Under the pieces are notes generated by a model. It saw only the letters and a program-made list of their open reading frames with translations, did not search any database and was not told where the DNA came from. A program made the position numbers and the translations under genes. A DNA stretch of 64,000 bases from contig CBDHHL010000032.1 of NCBI GenBank assembly GCA_965263355.1, positions 160,001 through 224,000 of the forward strand. Reading direction: 5' to 3'. The DNA comes from Leptolyngbyaceae cyanobacterium. GTDB lineage: Bacteria > Cyanobacteriota > Cyanobacteriia > Phormidesmidales > Phormidesmidaceae. Positions 31,723 to 42,629 of the stretch are shown piece after piece. Each line of letters starts with the position of its first letter. Position 1 is the first letter of the stretch.

Positions 31723-31751
31723 CGTAGGGGCATTGCGTGCAATGCCCCTAC
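31723..31751. repeat. GTAG REP palindrome
   Basis: cgtaggggcattgcgtgcaatgcccctac; related copies at about 36770-36798 and 56947-56976. Confidence 0.85.
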
Positions 31752-33004
31752 TTTCGGGTAAATGCCCAAACACCATCCCAGGGTTTGGGCATTGTCTCCT
31801 GGGCCAGTTGCTGAATACGCTCTATATAAAACTGTACGGTTTTATCATTGGGATTAATTTTTAGGATGGCTTCAAAGCATGCCATTGCCTTATTCCAGTC
31901 TCCTTCCTGGTAAAAATGTCGACCCTGCTGATACATGGGCAAGGTTTCTAATTTCAAACGACGCATTGTCTCAACATCGGCGTTGAGCACTTCATAGATG
32001 GTAAGCGGTTCTTGGCGGCCTTTGACGATAATGCGATCAAGTAGTCGCATCGAATATCGCTCTGGTCGATTTAGCTTTAAAATGACATCTTCTGAGATTA
32101 AAAGGGATGCACCGTAATACTTGGTCAGTCCCTCTAAACGAGCGGTGAGGTTCACATTGTCAGATACCGCATCTGCCTGCATACGGTTGGTTTCTCCCAC
32201 CATGCCTACCATCATATGGCCTGCATGGAGGCCAATTCCTACAGTCAATGGTGTATCGCCTGCCATCTGGCGATGTTGGTTATAGGTTCGTATTTGGTTG
32301 ACCTTTGCTATCCCTGCCTGCAAGCCATCATCGACGCCATCGGGAAAAACGGCCATCATGCCGTCACCCAGGTATTTGACGATGAAACCATTGTGTTTGC
32401 GAATTTCTGGACTGACCCGACGCAGATAGGCATTGACAAAATCAAAATTCTCCTGAGGCGTCATTTGCTCAGAAAGTGTGGTAAACGAGCGAATGTCCGA
32501 AAACATGATCGCCATTTCTTTACTGACATGGTCGCCCAGCTTAATGTCGAGAATACTGTCTCGTTTGAGAAAGGTTAAATATTCGGGCGGGATGAAGCGA
32601 CTGTAAGACTCCAATAGGGCAGAAAGATGGGCGTTGGCTTCGACTAGCTTTTGTTCGTGACGTTTTACAGACTGCACTGTTTCTGAGAATACCCGTGCTA
32701 GGTTGCCTAGTTCATCTGTGCGTAAGACCGTTGTTGCCAGACTATTGGGGCTGAAGGTATTGCTCTGAACAGCAATGGCAGCGGCGGTGATCTTTTTGAC
32801 CTGCTCAATGTAATCCGCCATTTCTTGATTTTGGGTTTCTAGGGCGTTTTCTAGGATCGTCGAATGTTCTGTGACGATATCTATCATCGATTGCAAATCC
32901 TTGTTATCTGCCTGAAGCGCTTCTTTCTGTGCCCGAAGTTTTACTAGCTCAGTGTCCTCTAGGTTTTGGATGCAGGACTTTGCAATTGATGACTTAAGGT
33001 TCAT
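31748..33004 (-). CDS. Soluble class III adenylate/guanylate cyclase with C-terminal TPR
   Basis: FSDIRSFT, VKYLGDG, DNVNLTARLEG and VKGR; N-terminal coiled coil/HAMP-like DELGNLAR. Confidence 0.9.
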   Translation of the reverse strand: MNLKSSIAKSCIQNLEDTELVKLRAQKEALQADNKDLQSMIDIVTEHSTILENALETQNQEMADYIEQVKKITAAAIAVQSNTFSPNSLATTVLRTDELGNLARVFSETVQSVKRHEQKLVEANAHLSALLESYSRFIPPEYLTFLKRDSILDIKLGDHVSKEMAIMFSDIRSFTTLSEQMTPQENFDFVNAYLRRVSPEIRKHNGFIVKYLGDGMMAVFPDGVDDGLQAGIAKVNQIRTYNQHRQMAGDTPLTVGIGLHAGHMMVGMVGETNRMQADAVSDNVNLTARLEGLTKYYGASLLISEDVILKLNRPERYSMRLLDRIIVKGRQEPLTIYEVLNADVETMRRLKLETLPMYQQGRHFYQEGDWNKAMACFEAILKINPNDKTVQFYIERIQQLAQETMPKPWDGVWAFTRK

Positions 33005-33292
33005 GTTGGAACGCGTAAATAGACTAAAGACTAACTAGCAAAGTAAACGCACCACCAGAGTTTTCGAACACTGTTCGTGACTATAGGCCGCAGCAGATTG
33101 TAATCTCCACAGACTATTATGGTTCTGGATCGGTATTGGCTATGGTCTTATCTACGTAACTTTGCGGATTCTACATCTAAATGTTCTTATTTCTCAGAAC
33201 CTGATCGGAGCATTTATTAGGGGAGATTAGGTTGGCTAAGGGGGCCTGGTTGCGATCGCCCATAAAGAGAACAAAACATCGACCATAAGATC

Positions 33293-34054
33293 ATGATTTT
33301 TCTAGGTATCGATTTAGGTTGGCAAACAGGGCCCAGTGGAGTTTGCTGTCTGAGCCTAGAGAAAACCAAACTATCCCTGATCGCCCTTGATCGGCTAGAT
33401 ACCCATACAGACGTATTAACTTGGATCGCCCATCAGGCATCAACGAAGCCAGCTATGGTAGCCGTCGATGCCCCAACAATTATCCCTAATCCAACCGGGA
33501 TGCGTGTCCCTGATCGTCTAGCCCACAAATACTTTGGCAAGTACCATGCCGGCTGCTATCCAGCCAACCAAGCATCAACCTTTGCCCCTCAGCTATTAGC
33601 CTTTAGCCAAGCATTAACCCATCAAGGGTTTATCCATGCACCCACACTAACGTCCCAGCAGCCGGGGCGCTATCAAATTGAGTTTTTTCCCCATCCGGCC
33701 ATGGTGCATTTGTTTGGACTGTCCCGTATCCTCAAATATAAAAAAGGGCGTATTGACCAACGTCGGCAAGAACTTGAACGATTACGGCTACTAATACTGC
33801 AGCATCTACCCAACCATACCCCTAGCTTTAGCACCCAAACCCTACCGAGTATTCCTGCCAGAGGGGCTGCCCTAAAAGCTGTAGAAGATCAGCTAGACAG
33901 CATTATCTGCGCCTATGGAGCTGCCCATTGGTGGTATTGGGGCCATAGCCGTAATCAGGTTTTAGGTAGTCTAGCCACAGGCTACATTGTCGTCCCCACA
34001 CCCTATGACGTACAAAACTACAGCCCAGCGTTAGCTCCATGTGGTGGTAGTTAA
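33293..34054 (+). CDS. DUF429 family protein (RNase H-like predicted nuclease)
   Basis: FLGIDLGW, VAVDAP, IEFFPHP and EDQLDSIICAY. Confidence 0.8.
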   Translation: MIFLGIDLGWQTGPSGVCCLSLEKTKLSLIALDRLDTHTDVLTWIAHQASTKPAMVAVDAPTIIPNPTGMRVPDRLAHKYFGKYHAGCYPANQASTFAPQLLAFSQALTHQGFIHAPTLTSQQPGRYQIEFFPHPAMVHLFGLSRILKYKKGRIDQRRQELERLRLLILQHLPNHTPSFSTQTLPSIPARGAALKAVEDQLDSIICAYGAAHWWYWGHSRNQVLGSLATGYIVVPTPYDVQNYSPALAPCGGS

Positions 34055-34106
34055 GCTGAACCAGATTTGTAGAGAGGAATGGATTAACGATGGGTAATCT
34101 AAATCT

Positions 34107-34216
34107 ATCAAAGGAACCAATATTGGAGCAGGTTTTTGGGGTTTGCTCTTGAGCAAATTACGAGACCAGTTTTTGTCCTCGAATCTCCTACGGGCTGCAT
34201 CAGCGGCCTTTTTTTT
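34107..34216 (+). ncRNA. Candidate sRNA, PsrR1 (SyR1)-like
   Basis: -10 TAATCT at 34095; 5' hairpin gagcagg..tttgctc; core gagaccagtttttgtcctcga resembles the PsrR1 core as I recall it; terminator ggctgc-atca-gcggcc-T8. Confidence 0.55.
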
Positions 34217-34563
34217 GCCTACGTTCCAAACCCAGAGATAACCAATGGCAAGACATCAACGGTGGCGGGTGAGAAAATGATCGGTTATCACCCTGGCAAT
34301 GAATACCATTGATTTAGTCGAGTTGATACCATGGTTCTATCTACCAACAGGCATCCATTATTCACACTCTCCAACACTTTAGACAGCCCTGTCCTAAGAA
34401 TTCAGGGAATGTGAATAATTTTGAAGTAATATATCTATTGCTTGGGGCAATCACCGGGTTGCCTCGCCTTGGCAAGTCTGCTTTAGCTCTAAATGGTCCC
34501 GAAACGGTCCTAAAAGGTGGTCAAAAACTGTTTGGAGACGTAGTTCAACCCTAGAAAATACCC

Positions 34564-36651
34564 ATGAAAGATCTCAGTAATTACCGAAATATTGGCATTT
34601 TCGCCCACGTAGACGCGGGTAAGACCACCACCACCGAGCGAATCTTGAAGTTGACCGGTAAGGTGCACAAGATTGGTGAGGTGCATGATGGTGCAGCTAC
34701 CACCGATTTCATGGACCAGGAGAAAGAGCGAGGCATTACGATTCAGTCTGCGGCAACCTCCTGTTTTTGGAATGACCACCAGCTAAATATTATTGATACC
34801 CCTGGTCACGTTGACTTCACCATTGAGGTATATCGTTCCCTAAAGGTATTGGACGGTGGCATTGGTGTATTCTGCGGTTCTGGTGGCGTAGAGCCCCAGT
34901 CTGAAACTAACTGGCGCTACGCTAATGACTCTGAAGTAGCTCGAATTATCTACGTCAATAAGTTAGACCGAACTGGCGCTGATTTCTATCGAGTGGTTAA
35001 GCAGGTTGAAGACGTACTGGGTGCTCAGCCCCTGGTTATGGTGCTGCCCATTGGTATCGAGAACGACTTTGTCGGTGTTGTTGACCTACTCACCGAAAAA
35101 GCTTGGATTTGGGATGATTCGGGAGATCCGATGAACTATGAACTCAAGGATGTACCCGAGGACATGGCTAGTGATGTGGCTGAGTGGCGCGAAAAGTTAA
35201 TCGAGACTGCTGTAGAGCAAGACGACGATATGATGGAGAAGTACCTCGAAGGTGAGGAAATCTCGGTCGATCAAGTCAAATCCTGCATCCGTAAGGGGAC
35301 TCGTGAGCTAGCCTTCTTCCCCACCTATTGCGGTTCTTCCTTCAAGAATAAGGGTGTGCAACTGGTTCTGGATGCAGTGGTTGACTATCTGCCTGCGCCA
35401 ACTGAAGTTAAGCCCCAGCCTGAGGTTGACCTAGAAGGTAACGAAACTGGCGAACTAGCTTACGTTGACCCTGAGAAACCATTGCGCGCGTTGGCGTTCA
35501 AGATTATGGATGACCGCTTTGGTGCCCTCACCTTTACTCGCATCTATTCCGGTACCCTTAAAAAGGGCGACACCATCTTGAATACAGCTACTGGCAAGAA
35601 TGAGCGCGTTAGCCGCATCGTAGAGATGCACGCTGACGACCGACAGGAAATGGATGCGGCTCAAGCGGGTGATATTGTGGCGCTATTGGGTATGAAGACC
35701 GTTCAAACCGGTCACACCCTCTGCGACCCCAAGAACCCGGCTACGCTGGAGCCCATGGTCTTCCCTGACCCTGTGATTTCCATTGCAGTTGAGGCCAAAA
35801 AGAAAGGGGAATCTGAGAAGTTGGGTATTGCCCTGAGCAAGATGGTTCAGGAAGATCCGTCCTTCCAGGTAGAAACCGATCAGGAAAGTGGTGAAACCAT
35901 TCTGAAAGGGATGGGTGAACTTCACCTGGATATTAAGGTGGACATCCTCAAGCGCACCCACGGTATTGAAGTAGAGGTGGGTAAGCCTCAGGTAGCCTAC
36001 CGCGAGTCCATTACGAAGGTGCTTACTGACAGCTACACCCACAAGAAACAGTCCGGTGGTTCTGGCCAGTACGGCAAGATCGACTACGTCATCGAGCCTA
36101 ACGAGGCTGGTGCTGGCTTTGAGTTTGAGTCTAAGGTGACTGGTGGTAACGTACCTCGTGAATTTTGGCCTGCGGTTGAAAAAGGCTTCGCCACTAGCAT
36201 GGACAAAGGCATGTTAGCTGGATTCCCAGTAGTAGACTTGAAAGTTACTTTGATGGACGGTGGGTTCCACCCGGTTGACTCCTCTGCTATTGCCTTTGAA
36301 ATTGCTGCTAAGGCTGGTTACCGTCAATCCTTTGTTAAGGCTGGCCCTCAGATTCTGGAGCCAATTATGAAGGTGGATGTGTTTGCGCCTGAAGACTATG
36401 TGGGTGATGTAATTGGTGACCTTAACCGTCGTCGCGGCATGATTCAGGGGCAGGACGTCGGCCCTACCGGTGTTCGCATTAAGGCCGATGTGCCCCTGAG
36501 CGAAATGTTTGGCTACATCGGTGACCTACGTACCATGACCTCTGGTCGGGGTCAGTTCTCCATGTCCTTTGAGAACTATGCACCTTGTCCTAAGAACGTG
36601 GCTGACGAGGTGATTAAGGAGGCTAAGGAGCGTCAGGAAGCCAAGGCATAG
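34564..36651 (+). CDS. fusA: Elongation factor G, stand-alone paralogue
   Basis: [25 protein letters not shown] and NKLD; not in an rpsL-rpsG-tuf operon. Confidence 0.95.
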   Translation: MKDLSNYRNIGIFAHVDAGKTTTTERILKLTGKVHKIGEVHDGAATTDFMDQEKERGITIQSAATSCFWNDHQLNIIDTPGHVDFTIEVYRSLKVLDGGIGVFCGSGGVEPQSETNWRYANDSEVARIIYVNKLDRTGADFYRVVKQVEDVLGAQPLVMVLPIGIENDFVGVVDLLTEKAWIWDDSGDPMNYELKDVPEDMASDVAEWREKLIETAVEQDDDMMEKYLEGEEISVDQVKSCIRKGTRELAFFPTYCGSSFKNKGVQLVLDAVVDYLPAPTEVKPQPEVDLEGNETGELAYVDPEKPLRALAFKIMDDRFGALTFTRIYSGTLKKGDTILNTATGKNERVSRIVEMHADDRQEMDAAQAGDIVALLGMKTVQTGHTLCDPKNPATLEPMVFPDPVISIAVEAKKKGESEKLGIALSKMVQEDPSFQVETDQESGETILKGMGELHLDIKVDILKRTHGIEVEVGKPQVAYRESITKVLTDSYTHKKQSGGSGQYGKIDYVIEPNEAGAGFEFESKVTGGNVPREFWPAVEKGFATSMDKGMLAGFPVVDLKVTLMDGGFHPVDSSAIAFEIAAKAGYRQSFVKAGPQILEPIMKVDVFAPEDYVGDVIGDLNRRRGMIQGQDVGPTGVRIKADVPLSEMFGYIGDLRTMTSGRGQFSMSFENYAPCPKNVADEVIKEAKERQEAKA

Positions 36652-36695
36652 AGATCGATCGATAAGATTCATCTCTTATTGAGCAATGAATGAGC

Positions 36696-36729
36696 AGTCC
36701 TCGGCTGATATCAGCCGAGGACTTTTTTT
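36696..36729 (+). terminator. Rho-independent terminator of fusA
   Basis: agtcctcggctgat/atcagccgaggact followed by a T-run. Confidence 0.9.
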
Positions 36730-36794
36730 GGGGAGGCTGCTACATTTCCTGATGCTGTAGGGGGGATATCGTAGGGGTGATGCATGCAATGCCC

Positions 36795-37619
36795 CTAGGG
36801 GTTAAATGCCGTTTTTTTCAAAACACGGTTTAATTTGCCGCTTTTGTATCCTTCCAAATCTAAAGTCACATAGGTAAACCCGTATTCCTGGAACGCTGTC
36901 ACCAACGTTTCTAGATCTACTGTGGCAACAAAGTTTTTAATCTCGTTGGGAAGGAGTTCAATCCGAGCAGTTTCCCCATCGGAGCGTACCCGCAGATTAC
37001 GTATACCTAGCTGTCGCAAATAGCGCTCGCACTGCCCTACCCGATGAAGCTTTTCCGTAGTAATTAACTCACCGTAGGGAAATCGTGAGCTGAGACAGGG
37101 CTGGGATGGTTTATCCCACCAGGGCAAACCCAGATATTTAGACATTTCCCGTACTTCTAGCTTGCTCAGGCCAACTTCTGCCAGTGGAGAACGCACTCCT
37201 CGCTCCTTGGCGGCCTGGATACCGGGGCGATAGTCCTGCAGGTCGTCAGCATTGAGACCATCGACTACGTAAGGATAGCCCTCAGCCAGAGCAAGCGGCT
37301 TTAGGGTGTCATGGAGTTCGCTTTTGCAAAAGTAGCAGCGGTTAGTGGGGTTGCTAGTGTAGTTTGGGTTATCCATTTCATGGGTTTGAACGATGCGATG
37401 GATTAGCCCCATAAACGCTGCTTGATTTTTGGCAGCTTCCAGGTCTTCTACCATTAGCGATGGCGATTCGGCAGTGACGGCTAAGGCTTTATCGCCAAGA
37501 ACATCATGGGCAACCTTAGCGACCAGGGTGCTGTCGATGCCACCAGAATAGGCTATCAGGGCACGGTCCATACTCTGGAAGATCGACTGAAGCTGTTGGA
37601 GTTTTTGGGTGATGGTCAT
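36795..37619 (-). CDS. larE: LarE-like PP-loop sulfur transferase
   Basis: AYSGGIDS, NRCYFCK, DYRPG, PCLSSRFPYG and LDLEGYKSG. Confidence 0.88.
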   Translation of the reverse strand: MTITQKLQQLQSIFQSMDRALIAYSGGIDSTLVAKVAHDVLGDKALAVTAESPSLMVEDLEAAKNQAAFMGLIHRIVQTHEMDNPNYTSNPTNRCYFCKSELHDTLKPLALAEGYPYVVDGLNADDLQDYRPGIQAAKERGVRSPLAEVGLSKLEVREMSKYLGLPWWDKPSQPCLSSRFPYGELITTEKLHRVGQCERYLRQLGIRNLRVRSDGETARIELLPNEIKNFVATVDLETLVTAFQEYGFTYVTLDLEGYKSGKLNRVLKKTAFNP

Positions 37620-37823
37620 GGTTTGGGATTCTGAATAGATCTTCAGTCGCACAGGGTGGCTACATTTAGCCTAGCTAAGGAATAAAGGTTTTATAAAGGG
37701 TTATTAACCCACCCGTCGCCCCTCCCAGGAAGGGAAGAAGATATCGGCTATGGCTTAAACGGTTAATTGAGGATTTAGGTTGGGTTACCATGGGCCTTAC
37801 TAATAAATGATTAGCAAGGGTTT

Positions 37824-38108
37824 ATGGCTGAGAAAAAAGAACTAGCGCACCCGCAGTACAAGGCAGATCGGGATGTGGTGACTAACCTGCTAAATGGTGA
37901 GGCGACGGATTTTAATTTGATTGAGCTGGCGCGGTTACGGATTCGCTATGACGGGTTTCCAGGGGCACGGGATATTCAGGCGGATCTGGATAAGGTCCTG
38001 GCTAACTGGTCGCTAACAGAGGATGAGCTAATGGCAAAAACTCGCGAGATTCATCAGACAGAGATGCTGTATAAGGCACAGCGGACGAAGAAGGAGGATT
38101 GGAGTTAA
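37824..38108 (+). CDS. DUF3288 family protein
   Basis: HPQY..DR and ELARLRIRYDGFPGARDIQ. Confidence 0.8.
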   Translation: MAEKKELAHPQYKADRDVVTNLLNGEATDFNLIELARLRIRYDGFPGARDIQADLDKVLANWSLTEDELMAKTREIHQTEMLYKAQRTKKEDWS

Positions 38109-38111
38109 GGC

Positions 38112-38150
38112 TCTCACCCTAAATCCCTCTCCTTGAGGAGAGGGACTTTG
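38112..38150. repeat. Short dispersed hairpin repeat
   Basis: caccctaaatccctctccttgaggagagggacttt; a related-style element at about 37706-37736. Confidence 0.55.
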
Positions 38151-38208
38151 AGATGGTTAGGAAAAATTGGGTTCACTGATGTAGGTATCAGTAATCACAC
38201 AGTAACCC

Positions 38209-39102
38209 ATGATTATGAAAAAGCTTGCAATTGCAGGAATCGGTATCGGCGTTCTTTCTGTTGGCCTATATTTCGGTGCGAATCTCTACGGGACTAAGGT
38301 GGCCGAGGCTAAGGTTAACAAACTGATTAGTGAGATGGAAGAGGACAACCTGGCGGTTGAGTATAAAGATATTAGTTACAAGCCGTTGGCCCAGGATGTT
38401 CACCTAAAAGATATTACGATTACGTCTAAGGATGATCCGGCTGAGGTAACAATTGAGCAGGTGATTATCCGTGAGATTGATGAGAAGTCGGAAGTACCTA
38501 CGGTGTTTGATGCGTCGGTGCAGGGGTTGGTGGTGGATTTAAACCAGCCGGAACAGTTGGAAATGGCTAACTTTTTGAAAGAGGCTGGCTACGATACTGA
38601 GCTGAAGTTCGATATTGATACGAAGTATCGGTATAACCCAACTAAGCAGGAGATGAGCGTTGATACCTTTAAGGTGAGTGCTGATCAGGTGGGAGACTTA
38701 AGTGTCAACATGAAGCTGGGCAATGTTGACATGGAGGATGTTGAGTCTAAAAATGTAGCACCCACTAGTATGGATACGATTTTCCATGGGTTTGAGATTA
38801 CCTATAAGGATAATTCGTTTGCTGATAAGTTTTTGGCGGCGATGGCGGCTGAACAAGGTGTCACTGTGGATGAGTTGAAGACTCAGATGACCAGTCAGCT
38901 GACGGGGGCAAGTGAGTTCTTTTTGTCGTCGGATAATCAGGTAGCGATGGATGCGGTAAATGAGGTTGTTGCGTTTATTGAAAATCCAGAGGGGTTTAGT
39001 GTTTCGGTGAAGCCGGAGAAGCCGGTGCAGTTGGCGAATTTGGTGAGTGAGAATCCGGATAATTGGGTGGAGATGCTTAATATTGAGATTAAGTCTTTTT
39101 AG
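38209..39102 (+). CDS. Hypothetical exported or membrane-anchored acidic protein
   Basis: 297-aa ORF with an N-terminal hydrophobic anchor. Confidence 0.75.
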   Translation: MIMKKLAIAGIGIGVLSVGLYFGANLYGTKVAEAKVNKLISEMEEDNLAVEYKDISYKPLAQDVHLKDITITSKDDPAEVTIEQVIIREIDEKSEVPTVFDASVQGLVVDLNQPEQLEMANFLKEAGYDTELKFDIDTKYRYNPTKQEMSVDTFKVSADQVGDLSVNMKLGNVDMEDVESKNVAPTSMDTIFHGFEITYKDNSFADKFLAAMAAEQGVTVDELKTQMTSQLTGASEFFLSSDNQVAMDAVNEVVAFIENPEGFSVSVKPEKPVQLANLVSENPDNWVEMLNIEIKSF

Positions 39103-39262
39103 ATGATTAATAGCCCCGTAAGGTGGGCAGGTCCCACCTTCTTAATGGCTTTGGCTACCCCACAAGTTGGCGTTTGTTGAACTTTTCGACAAATGTGTAA
39201 AACGATGTTGGTGTAGTCAATACGCCACTAGTTCCTGATGTCAATTTTTTAAGAAAACAGTA

Positions 39263-39682
39263 ATGCCCTACAACGGTTTTATTGAAGCTAACCATGATCG
39301 CTTAGACGATTTTATTAGCTCTATTGTCACTTGCTTTGCTAACCAGCAAACCCGATTAGCCCTATGGCTATATGAGGAGTTTGAGTTTGGTCAACTTTTA
39401 GTTACTCAGCTAAATGGGGCGGACTCACCGTTTGCTAGCGGTAGCCAACTAGCGGGCTATGGCTATCTTATAACTGTAGAATCTAACACTGTGGATGCTC
39501 TCGTTGATGTTCTGCTTGATTGCTGGATGACGCACTTAGAGATGGAAGTGGACGGTAACGTTGCGCTTGAAGCCTACGATAGCTTTGAACATGTCTTTTT
39601 CAGAGCCCCGATTACGGTAACTTTTCTGGAATCACTTAAACAGCAGGCCATTATTAATAATTATGGCCTGTATGAAGGCTAA
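39263..39682 (+). CDS. Hypothetical protein
   Basis: 139-aa ORF with ATG start; no motif recognised. Confidence 0.55.
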   Translation: MPYNGFIEANHDRLDDFISSIVTCFANQQTRLALWLYEEFEFGQLLVTQLNGADSPFASGSQLAGYGYLITVESNTVDALVDVLLDCWMTHLEMEVDGNVALEAYDSFEHVFFRAPITVTFLESLKQQAIINNYGLYEG

Positions 39683-39917
39683 GTAATGGCTAAGCTATTT
39701 GATGAATACATGCATCAAGTGCTGCATATGATGTTAGTCTGAAAGTAAAGTTAAAAGGCTTCCATGGCGAAAGACTCGAAACCTAAGACTCGTCTATGGT
39801 TGGTTGTAAACTAGCACGTACCGTTTTTGAGAAAATTGATAGATTGTAAATGGTTCGTTGCAACTACACCTTACGATGGAAAAGATTTCCCAACAACGTC
39901 GCGCCCAACAACGATGC

Positions 39918-40284
39918 GATAACCTAATTAATTGTCCCCGCCGTAACCCCTAATTTAATGCAATTGAGGACAACCTATTAGGCTGGGTTGTAGGGCGGCC
40001 TCCCGGCCCTGCCCAGGGGGTTTGGGGAACTCGAAGGGACCCCAAGCAACCGGTTTTGGTTCCCTCCGATCATAGCTCGGTTCAGACTTTGTAGGTGTAT
40101 GCCTGTCGTTAGATAACTGTTAAGGTTAATTATAAACCGGCACGCACCGTTTTTCGAAAATTGATAGCTGAACCCCCCTTTTCGTGGGGACCTAACTTCC
40201 CCACACCCCTCGAAAGTGGGGTGTTGTTTATAGCGAACATATTGGTGAGGCAGGGTTACGGCGGGGTCGATTAGTCAGGTTATC
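39918..40284. mobile_element. 367-bp non-autonomous element with 32-bp TIRs
   Basis: Left gataacctaattaattgtccccgccgtaaccc vs reverse complement of right gataacctgactaatcgaccccgccgtaaccc (28/32). Confidence 0.7.
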
Positions 40285-40770
40285 TCATTGGCATTTGGTA
40301 AGCCATTGTTGGAAAATCTCTTGTGATTCGTTTTTGTCGTCAGAGGCTAAGGATTGGAAGAATCTTTCAGCGTCAGGAGACTTTTCAATCTGTCGAATAA
40401 TCAGATTTATAAGAGTACTTTGAACTTGTTCGGCAATAGGAGAGCCTATGCGATTTAGGATAGTTATGGACTCTTGAAAATAGTTGACAGCTGTTGGAAT
40501 GTCTTGGCGGTGAGATTCCATTAGCTGGGCCAACATACCTAATGTAATGGCTTTGCCTTGGCATCCCCGATTTTTTCGTTGATCCCTAAGGACTGTTCGT
40601 AGAGTGCGATCGCACCGTCCACATCCCCCTGGTTTGCTTTGAGGCTGACCATTTCGTGCAGGGTGGCGGCTTTGCCTTGGCATCCCCGATTTTTTCGTTG
40701 ATCCCTAAGGACTGTTCGTAGAGTGCGATCGCACCGTCCACATCCCCCTGGTTCAATTTAATACAGGCTA
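40285..40770 (-). pseudogene. Frameshifted, 5'-truncated TPR-repeat gene
   Basis: NQGDVDGAIALYEQSLGINEKIGD..QGKA repeated; two identical 86-bp copies 119 bp apart. Confidence 0.8.
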
Positions 40771-40989
40771 TTCGATACGGAACAGTGTCTACATGGGATG
40801 AATCTGCTTTTCCAAGCAATTTTAATTAGTACAAATAACCTACCCAAATAATTGTGGCATCGTATCACCCAATCCCTTATAATAATGGGCCGGAATATTC
40901 CTAAACCACGTCTAGGGTTTAACCTGTAGGTATCTCTACAAAGAACTGTTCTGGGCGTGGGCGATATTAAAGTAGGAGACTAAACATCC

Positions 40990-41598
40990 ATGGCGCGATA
41001 TAGAGGTCCTCGCCTCCGCATCACACGCCGTTTGGGCGAACTGCCCGGTCTTACCCGGAAAGTTGCCCGAAAGGCTTATCCACCTGGCCAGCATGGTCAG
41101 GCGCGGAAGAAAAAATCTGAATACTGCGTTCGTCTAGAAGAGAAGCAAAAGCTTCGTTACAACTACGGTGTATCCGAGAAGCAACTACTGCGCTACGTCA
41201 AAAAAGCACGGCGTGCAGCTGGTTCTACTGGTCAGGTCATCCTGCAGCAGCTAGAAATGCGCCTGGATAACACCATATTCCGCCTGGGTATGGGGCCTAC
41301 AATCCCCGCCGCCCGTCAGGTCGTTAACCATGGCCACATTACCGTCAACGGTCGTGTTGTTAGTGTTCCTAGCTATCAGTGCCGCCCCGGTGATGTAATC
41401 GGCGTTCGACCTAAGGACGTTTCGAAAAGTCTGGTGGAATCCAACCTGGAATTTCCTGGTTTGGCCAACATCCCCACTCACCTGGAGTTTGATAAAAACA
41501 AGCTCGAAGCTAAGGTGAATGGCATCATCGATCGTGAATGGGTAGCCCTCAACATCAACGAACTACTCGTAGTTGAGTACTACTCTCGTAAAGCGTAG
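40990..41598 (+). CDS. rpsD: 30S ribosomal protein S4
   Basis: [18 protein letters not shown] and VVEYYSR; RBS aggag; -10 TATAAT at 40878. Confidence 0.98.
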   Translation: MARYRGPRLRITRRLGELPGLTRKVARKAYPPGQHGQARKKKSEYCVRLEEKQKLRYNYGVSEKQLLRYVKKARRAAGSTGQVILQQLEMRLDNTIFRLGMGPTIPAARQVVNHGHITVNGRVVSVPSYQCRPGDVIGVRPKDVSKSLVESNLEFPGLANIPTHLEFDKNKLEAKVNGIIDREWVALNINELLVVEYYSRKA

Positions 41599-41676
41599 AC
41601 CTACTGTCGCTCTACTTTTTGAATACGTTAGGCATACCTTTGCGTATTCTTACCGCGCTAGTTTAGTTATTTCCAT

Positions 41677-41713
41677 AAGCCCCTGGGGTCCGTCAGCCTT
41701 GGGGGCTTTATTT
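41677..41713 (+). terminator. Hairpin terminator after rpsD (possibly bidirectional)
   Basis: aagcccctgggg..ccttgggggcttta. Confidence 0.65.
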
Positions 41714-41753
41714 GGCTTTATTTGTCTATAGGCTTTCTGCCAGACCTTGACAC

Positions 41754-42011
41754 CTACAGGGGCATCCAGGATAAGACAATTAGCTCACCCTTAACGACGC
41801 CAATCCGAAGTTCATAGATAAACTCATAGCGATCTTCGTTTCTATCCCAGGCAGTAATCCATAGCTCATAAGCGCGAGTATCGCGTTCATGGCAGGGGAG
41901 CTGTCGTAAAATATCGATTTGATGGCCACGATAGCTTTGTAAAAGGTCAGCAACTGCAGCGGCCACTGCTGAGGTGTAATGTTGTTCTGAGTAAATTCTC
42001 GGAAATGCCAT
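41754..42011 (-). CDS. Hypothetical protein
   Basis: 85-aa ORF with ATG start. Confidence 0.5.
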   Translation of the reverse strand: MAFPRIYSEQHYTSAVAAAVADLLQSYRGHQIDILRQLPCHERDTRAYELWITAWDRNEDRYEFIYELRIGVVKGELIVLSWMPL

Positions 42012-42248
42012 GAATAAACGCCTAGAAGCGATTTTGGATGATATGCACTAGCTAAGTGACGTCACATAGAGTGAGAATGGTTTCGGGTAGAATGTAAAGT
42101 TTTTGAGAAAAACAGCTAGACCTGTGTCAAGGTATAACCCTTAACTAGGATAGTAAGCAACTGGTGGTTAGGGGTTTATAACTAAACGTCTCACCTATCA
42201 GATTAAGTTGTTGATTAAAGTACTTAAACTGGATGGGTATCTAGGTTA

Positions 42249-42605
42249 ATGAGTGTAACTACGGAACGACTTCAAACTTTATTGAATCGTGCTCAACAGC
42301 TGACCGAAGCAGAGGCCCTAGCGGATTTACCGACGGCTGTAGCTAAACGCTTAAAGACTGAAGCTGCCACGCCGTTAGTGGCGGCATTGGGTCTAAGTGA
42401 TGCCCTGTGGGTTGATAACCCTCACAAGGGTGAAAAAGGGGCTGCACGGGCTGCGCGAGTTATTCAGCGAGATGAGGCGTTGGTGCGGGCGTTGGCGTTT
42501 TATCGACTTAAGGGAGGAACAGAATTAGAAAAAACAGCGGCTTTTTTTGAGGAGACGTTTGCCGCAGCAAGCACCCATGATGGCCAGGTAAAACATTCAG
42601 AATAG
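42249..42605 (+). CDS. Hypothetical protein
   Basis: 118-aa ORF with helical composition. Confidence 0.6.
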   Translation: MSVTTERLQTLLNRAQQLTEAEALADLPTAVAKRLKTEAATPLVAALGLSDALWVDNPHKGEKGAARAARVIQRDEALVRALAFYRLKGGTELEKTAAFFEETFAAASTHDGQVKHSE

Positions 42606-42629
42606 TTGTTTTCTGAGGATTGTAGAGGT

